Positions 59,224 to 64,000 of a DNA stretch of 64,000 nt are shown piece by piece. Origin of the DNA: a virus. The translations under genes and the position numbers were made by a program. A model generated the notes under the pieces. That model did not search any database, was not told where the DNA came from, and saw only the letters and a list, made by a program, of their open reading frames with translations. Where the stretch lies: positions 5,810 to 69,809 of the IMG/VR virus record IMGVR_UViG_3300009183_000083; one strand, given 5' to 3'. The first letter of the stretch is position 1. Each line of letters opens with the position of its first letter.

Positions 59224-59240
59224 GTTTTAGTCTGGCTAAA

Positions 59241-60248
59241 TTAAGCTGTCAGAGCAACATCTTTGCTGATCATAGCATTTCCTCGACGAACATTATTGTC
59301 CCAGTCGCTAACAAAATTACTTGCTACCATGCTTTTGACTTGAGCAGAAGACCCAAATTCGCTTGTATAGCTTTGTGCTCCATCGCCTTTGCGATTAGTG
59401 CTTTCATTAGAGTGGAAGTCAGTAAGAGCAGAGAATGCGTCAAGACGAGTGCGACCTTCATTGCCACGACCCACTTCGAACAATTCCATGATCCTGGCGC
59501 TCTTCTGAAGCATACCATTAGTCAATTGATCACTGTTACGAGTTTCGATGCCTGCTACCCATGCGCGCGCCTCATCACGGCTACAAGGGGTGTTCTGTGC
59601 CGTTGTAAGCATAGCCTGAAACTTCGCTGAGGTTCCAGAAAAATTATCAATAGCGTCAATTAGTCGGCCAATGTTCATTTCAATCATTTGCGTGTGCTTT
59701 GCTTTGCCGATTTGAGAACCAGTATGCATGTTTGCAGCAAACGTATTGGAACAAACAACACAGATATTTGAATACCGAGCTTGTAACGAAGTACTTTTAT
59801 CATACGAATCAAGAATAGTGATAAAGTCCTTGAATTCGCGATCACCAATGCGAAAACCTTCACTTACTTTGATGGAGGCAAAGACCTTGCAGCGATTATC
59901 AACAGTGCCTGCTGACATAATTTCATACGGTGTGTCTCCCATACCTTTCCGAATGATTTCCCAGAACGTCGCGATTGAAGACGGGCAGTATGAAGATCCA
60001 TAAGGGTCTCCAATTGGTAAGAAGTCATCAGAGGCAATGAGTTGCTTCCAATTAGGGCTTTCGATAAATGTGTCTTGGTTGACTCCAAAATCATCTTTTT
60101 CAGTAATTTTGTGGTAAATAGGTGATTCAATAATTTCAAATGGATGTGCAATCTTTTGGGTGATTGGACCATCTTCAATGATTGTCATATTGTGCCATGC
60201 TTGGCTTTTTCCTACTTGTTTGTCTCTTTCTGTGATTCCTGCTGGCAT
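59241..60248 (-). CDS. DUF932-family protein
   Basis: AWH, SAG......VF, DSYD.STS......VVCSNT and KHT motifs. Confidence 0.85.
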   Translation of the reverse strand: MPAGITERDKQVGKSQAWHNMTIIEDGPITQKIAHPFEIIESPIYHKITEKDDFGVNQDTFIESPNWKQLIASDDFLPIGDPYGSSYCPSSIATFWEIIRKGMGDTPYEIMSAGTVDNRCKVFASIKVSEGFRIGDREFKDFITILDSYDKSTSLQARYSNICVVCSNTFAANMHTGSQIGKAKHTQMIEMNIGRLIDAIDNFSGTSAKFQAMLTTAQNTPCSRDEARAWVAGIETRNSDQLTNGMLQKSARIMELFEVGRGNEGRTRLDAFSALTDFHSNESTNRKGDGAQSYTSEFGSSAQVKSMVASNFVSDWDNNVRRGNAMISKDVALTA

Positions 60249-60293
60249 ATTTTTGTTTTATTAGTGTGTTTGTGTTTGAGAATTAACACTTAC

Positions 60294-60313
60294 TTCCCCA
60301 GCCCGAAGGGCTG
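60294..60313 (-). promoter_or_regulatory. CCC-GAA-GGG triloop hairpin, candidate promoter element
   Basis: TTCCC-CAGCCC-GAA-GGGCTG about 45 nt upstream of the DUF932 start. Confidence 0.5.
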
Positions 60314-60337
60314 CGCGTTCAGTGCGTTCAATGTTTG

Positions 60338-60841
60338 TTATTTCGCTGTGGCATTTTTTGCAGACGATGAAATGTATTCAATCCCTCGATGCAAAGCCTC
60401 AACGGAATCTTTTATACATCCTAAGAATTGATTACACTTAGCGCATAGTAATCCTCTGACTTTATTTGATGAGTGGCAATGATCAACATGCAGTAAGTAG
60501 GTCATTTCTTGTGAGTCTTTATGGCATATAGCGCATTTGAAGTTTTGTTTTTTTAGTAGGTCGTCATAGTCTTTGAGTGTTATCCCATAGCGACATTTTA
60601 ATACGTATCCACGTTGTTTAATCCACTCTTTGCCGGGATTAAGCACTCTAGAACGATCAATTTTGAGCCGTTCTAAATCCTTTAGAACTTTTCTTTTTTC
60701 TGGGTTGTTTCTGACCCATTCTCGAACTGATACAGCTCGACATTTTTTGCACCAACTACTGATTCCATTGGCTCGACCTCGGTCTTTTGACATTTCTTCA
60801 TTTGTGCATAAGGCTTTACATTTCGTGCAAGTGTTATTCAT
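60338..60841 (-). CDS. endonuclease VII-family protein
   Basis: RYGIT..DY..L...Q..KCAIC...LHVDHCH....VRGLLC..CN..LG. Confidence 0.9.
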   Translation of the reverse strand: MNNTCTKCKALCTNEEMSKDRGRANGISSWCKKCRAVSVREWVRNNPEKRKVLKDLERLKIDRSRVLNPGKEWIKQRGYVLKCRYGITLKDYDDLLKKQNFKCAICHKDSQEMTYLLHVDHCHSSNKVRGLLCAKCNQFLGCIKDSVEALHRGIEYISSSAKNATAK

Positions 60842-60850
60842 GACAGAATC

Positions 60851-61279
60851 TTACAGTAAGAATTCAGATTTGTCACGAGTTTTTTTGCGATCTTGATTTT
60901 CTAAATTTGTTATTTCTTGGTGACAGGAGCGGCAGACAACTTGAAATCCTATTGCGGGACAAAACAATCTTTCAATAAATTGATCCCATGATACAAATCC
61001 TTCGGGTCCAACAACTGGCACAATGTGGTCAGCATGAACTCCATTTTGTGGAAACATTCCTTTGCAAACAGAACATAAATGCAGTTTGCATTTTCTTCCA
61101 GTTGCTGGGTTTATTCCGTTTTCAACAAATGCATTTTTAATAGCTCTGTATTTTTCAGGCCATCTTGCTCCTCGTAATGCGCTTTTGATAAACGATGTGA
61201 ATTTAGCTTTTGTCCATTCTCCATTACAATATGGACGAGGAATGTCATTACGTTTTTTAGTCTTTTTTTTGGCGGTCAT
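60851..61279 (-). CDS. HNH endonuclease
   Basis: FIKSALR, CSVC, ADHIVPV, RLFC and QVVCRSCH motifs. Confidence 0.8.
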   Translation of the reverse strand: MTAKKKTKKRNDIPRPYCNGEWTKAKFTSFIKSALRGARWPEKYRAIKNAFVENGINPATGRKCKLHLCSVCKGMFPQNGVHADHIVPVVGPEGFVSWDQFIERLFCPAIGFQVVCRSCHQEITNLENQDRKKTRDKSEFLL

Positions 61280-61532
61280 TGTGATTTGTTAATCTATCGG
61301 CAATAGTTTTTAAATCATAAGCTGTAAGTGCTGGATAGTCTGGTCCTTTTGCAATAAAAATATGTTCATATCCTTTTATTCTCAGCACTTCTGATTTTAA
61401 GTCTAGAAGTGTTCTTTTTATTATTACACCAATTGGTTTACCAACAGCTTCTAGTCCATAGGTTTGAAACCCTATTGAATTACCACCACGAATGTCGTCA
61501 TGCAGGAAAACTTCTTCAATAATTATATCCAT
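61257..61532 (-). CDS. hypothetical protein
   Basis: 91 aa, coupled to its neighbours. Confidence 0.55.
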   Translation of the reverse strand: MDIIIEEVFLHDDIRGGNSIGFQTYGLEAVGKPIGVIIKRTLLDLKSEVLRIKGYEHIFIAKGPDYPALTAYDLKTIADRLTNHNDRQKKD

Positions 61533-61822
61533 TATTCAAAATCTTTAGTTCCTTCTTGGCTTATTACTTTTTCAGATTTTTTCCGAATGTCTCGAAAAAC
61601 TGATTTTATCCATTTAATTGGATCGTCAATACTTGGAGCGTCCCAATCAAAAGCAGTCATTCTGCTTCCTGTCATTTGATTAATCATTGTGTAAAACTTT
61701 CGTTGTTCTCCTTTATGAATAAAATGAATTACTCCCCAAGGTTTTTTTAGATCACACAATGTATGTGGTTTTATGTTGGTTTTCATTAGTTGTCTTCTTT
61801 GTCTTCTTGACAGCATTCGCAT
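61532..61822 (-). CDS. hypothetical protein (true start probably MKTN at 61786)
   Basis: ORF coupled to its neighbours. Confidence 0.55.
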   Translation of the reverse strand: MRMLSRRQRRQLMKTNIKPHTLCDLKKPWGVIHFIHKGEQRKFYTMINQMTGSRMTAFDWDAPSIDDPIKWIKSVFRDIRKKSEKVISQEGTKDFE

Positions 61823-62001
61823 AACAAAACGATTGATTGAAGTTTTGTTAATTGATCTGAGTCAAGACCATCTTTTGGTAGTTTGATTGCAGATCCATTA
61901 GGTTTGTGATAACGAGCATTGTCATTATTTACATCTAAAGCAGTAGATTCTTCTCCGCATTCAGAACATTTTACTTTGATTTTGCTAAGTGGAGTTTTCA
62001 T
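61786..62001 (-). CDS. small Zn-ribbon protein
   Basis: CSEC...CECC. Confidence 0.6.
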   Translation of the reverse strand: MKTPLSKIKVKCSECGEESTALDVNNDNARYHKPNGSAIKLPKDGLDSDQLTKLQSIVLLCECCQEDKEDN

Positions 62002-62068
62002 TGATTTAAAAATTTCTTGATTAAATTATTATTTTGGTTTAATTTTTCCGCGTTTATCAATTGAAATT

Positions 62069-62227
62069 ATGAGCAAAAATTCAACTCATTACTTGCCTAG
62101 CGGAAAAACTTATACAGGCGCTGTTCACAAAATGAATGGTAAGATACACACTGGCGCTAAACATACAGCGACAAGTAAAACCTTAAGTCACACTAAGCCT
62201 AGCTCGACTAAAAAAAGTAAATGCTAA
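62069..62227 (+). CDS. small His/Lys-rich phage protein (52 aa)
   Basis: translated by hand: HYL.SGK.Y.G.VHKM.G..HTGAKH...SK.L. Confidence 0.65.
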   Translation: MSKNSTHYLPSGKTYTGAVHKMNGKIHTGAKHTATSKTLSHTKPSSTKKSKC

Positions 62228-62250
62228 ATTTAATCTTAAACATCGATAAT

Positions 62251-62472
62251 ATGGAAAAAAGATTTACTAAAGTGATTAAAAACCCAGAAACAGGCAGAAC
62301 CAAAACCATAAAATATGGTCAAGCTGGTAAAGCTGCTGATGGAGGAGATCGTATTCGACCTGGAACTGCAAAAGCTAAAGCTTACTGTGCTCGTTCAGCT
62401 AAAATTAAAGGAGATTGGAAAAACAACCCTAATAGTCCAAATTCTTTGTCTCGCAAGAAGTGGAAGTGCTAA
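62251..62472 (+). CDS. DUF6321-like small basic protein
   Basis: IKYGQ.G...K.KAYCARS..IKG...SPN..SR.KWKC. Confidence 0.65.
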   Translation: MEKRFTKVIKNPETGRTKTIKYGQAGKAADGGDRIRPGTAKAKAYCARSAKIKGDWKNNPNSPNSLSRKKWKC

Positions 62473-62686
62473 TAGGATTGTTTGGAATGGTTGCTGTACT
62501 TGTTGGATCAAATTCCAATAACGCAAGATCGTGAATTGCGTTTAGCAAATGATACAAACCTACTGCGGTTGCTTTTTCTAAGCATAAATTATTATCTATT
62601 GCATGAGATATTTCCTTTTTGCCCATATTGCAAGTTAATTGAGCTCGAAATGCCGCCCATTCTTTTTTTGTGGCTGGTTTTTTCAT
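62429..62686 (-). CDS. hypothetical protein
   Basis: 85 aa, ATGA-coupled to the upstream gene. Confidence 0.5.
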   Translation of the reverse strand: MKKPATKKEWAAFRAQLTCNMGKKEISHAIDNNLCLEKATAVGLYHLLNAIHDLALLEFDPTSTATIPNNPISTSTSCETKNLDY

Positions 62687-63078
62687 AGTTTATTTCGGTT
62701 GGCTAGGGATTGAAGTGCTTTGGTCGCAATGCTTTCTGGATCTTCTTCACCAAACCTTCCTTGGTAGGAAAGTATTTGCTCAAGAGCCTCCTCTAGCTTG
62801 TCCCGCGCATCTCGCGCCTTTTCAAGCGAAGCAAGAAGGTCAAATGCTGTTGTCGTTAAGGATTCAACGGTCTCCCGCGCCTCATCCCGCTGCTGCGTGA
62901 CGGTGGCTAGTTCAGATCGTAAATTATTCTCAAGATCCGCAAGCGCTTCTGACCATTCAAGCGAGGTTATTATTTTGGCTCTGGCCTTATTGCGTTCGCG
63001 TTCCAATTGTTCAGCAAACTCAGTTGGCACAACGTGGTTTCCCCGCGCAAGGTCGTCGGTTTCTGGTGTGTCAGTCAT
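62683..63078 (-). CDS. MTDTPETD-family coiled-coil protein
   Basis: paralogue of 63575-63970. Confidence 0.7.
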   Translation of the reverse strand: MTDTPETDDLARGNHVVPTEFAEQLERERNKARAKIITSLEWSEALADLENNLRSELATVTQQRDEARETVESLTTTAFDLLASLEKARDARDKLEEALEQILSYQGRFGEEDPESIATKALQSLANRNKL

Positions 63079-63164
63079 TTTGGTTGGTTGGTTGATTTTG
63101 CAGGTTTACGCGCTAATCGGCGGGTAAATCTGCGGATGTAGAGGATAACAACAAGTTCGCTGAA

Positions 63165-63533
63165 TTAAGCATTTTTGCGCTTCCATCCTTTTGCTTTGAT
63201 TGCCGTCTCCGCAAAAATCGCTAGCCTGTTGGGAGTCATCCACCCCTTCCCGCAGAGATGAATCATCCAGTCAGTCAGTTCTGCCCAGCCTTTAATACGG
63301 CGCAGCTCTACAATGTATCCGGCGTGATTCCACTCCATGACAACACACCCGTCTTTTACGGATATAAGTTTTTCGTCTTTTTTTATTTCTTGCATGACTT
63401 GCCCAAGGTGTTGGTGATCGGTGACGTTCGGAATAGAATAGTCCGCGCATCCAGTGCCAGCGGTGCAGGCATACACACTAGACGATGTATCCAACGGTAA
63501 ATCTCTTTTGCATTTTTCGCATTTCTTTTTCAT
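63165..63533 (-). CDS. hypothetical protein with Cys-rich N-terminus
   Basis: 122-aa ORF; HL.GK.W motif. Confidence 0.6.
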   Translation of the reverse strand: MKKKCEKCKRDLPLDTSSSVYACTAGTGCADYSIPNVTDHQHLGQVMQEIKKDEKLISVKDGCVVMEWNHAGYIVELRRIKGWAELTDWMIHLCGKGWMTPNRLAIFAETAIKAKGWKRKNA

Positions 63534-63574
63534 TTTTTTTCTGGATTAGTATCCATCGGGCTGTTTCTAGTGTA

Positions 63575-63970
63575 TTAGTCATTTGCGTTCGGGCTGTTTA
63601 GGGATTGTAGGGTTTCGTTGGCTCTAGTTATGTTGTTGACGGTTTCTTGGTATCTCTTCTGGCGACCATATTTTGGCTCGTAACTCCACCAGTCGCGTTC
63701 GGCTTTTAGTTCCATTGAGTCCTCAAGACACTCCCGCAGCGCTACCGCCAGTCTGTTTCGCTGCTCGGTGACTTCCTGCATATTAGTTTCGTGGTGTATT
63801 TCGGCGGCAGCATATCGAATACCAAGCATTTCGATCTTCTCTCGCGCCTCGTCGCGTTCGCGTTCTAACTTGCGTGAGTGTTCAAACATCTGCGCAAAAT
63901 CTGATCCTTCCACATAGGATGTCGCCCAAATGTCATCTCGGAGTTCATCCGTTTCTGGTGTATTAGTCAT
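63575..63970 (-). CDS. MTNTPETD-family coiled-coil protein
   Basis: LERERDEAR motif; paralogue of 62683-63078. Confidence 0.7.
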   Translation of the reverse strand: MTNTPETDELRDDIWATSYVEGSDFAQMFEHSRKLERERDEAREKIEMLGIRYAAAEIHHETNMQEVTEQRNRLAVALRECLEDSMELKAERDWWSYEPKYGRQKRYQETVNNITRANETLQSLNSPNAND

Positions 63971-64000
63971 TTTGTTTTAATCAGTTGCAGGGAGTGTTCC

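Larger units (their letters stand above)
2459..59240. repeat. dispersed palindrome TTTAG-N5-CTAAA (about 12 copies)
   Basis: copies at 2459, 7231, 11339, 15419, 17363 (1 mismatch), 28938, 35724, 38554, 42877, 50333, 54777 and 59226. Confidence 0.85.

Noticed and set aside
2459-59240. palindrome copies as CRISPR repeats or IS ends
   Set aside because: too short, dispersed over kilobases, and no spacer array or transposase is present
1-64000. stop-codon reassignment, tRNAs, DGR/reverse transcriptase, integrase
   Set aside because: long ORFs are intact in the standard code; no cloverleaf, RT or recombinase motifs seen

Overview
The whole window is part of a tailed dsDNA phage genome with a podovirus-like layout. 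A Verrucomicrobiota/PVC host is inferred from A/C-rich leaders without Shine-Dalgarno sites, a BspA-type LRR and MTxTPETD paralogues. From 1 to 8.1 kb, small minus-strand early genes are separated by unusually structured spacers. From 8.5 to 53.5 kb, a plus-strand virion block encodes terminase, portal, scaffold, major capsid protein, receptor-binding proteins, a lysis cassette, tail proteins and internal proteins, and ends in a 5440-aa polyvalent protein. From 53.5 to 64 kb, minus-strand replication and nuclease genes include a T7-type primase-helicase, a DUF932 protein, endonuclease VII and HNH nucleases. Main observations: (1) a clear twister ribozyme sits within a run of structured RNA spacers (repeated bulged stems, pseudoknots, a pistol-like fold), which suggests RNA-based processing of the early transcript; (2) the 15-bp palindrome TTTAG-N5-CTAAA occurs about 12 times, often 4.1-4.8 kb apart; (3) covarying CCC-GAA-GGG triloop hairpins resemble N4-type template-strand promoters; (4) the giant protein carries ART-like and nucleotidyltransferase modules bounded by a repeated linker. 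I saw no tRNA, CRISPR array, integrase, DNA polymerase or RNA polymerase. All calls come from reading the sequence by eye; no searches were run.
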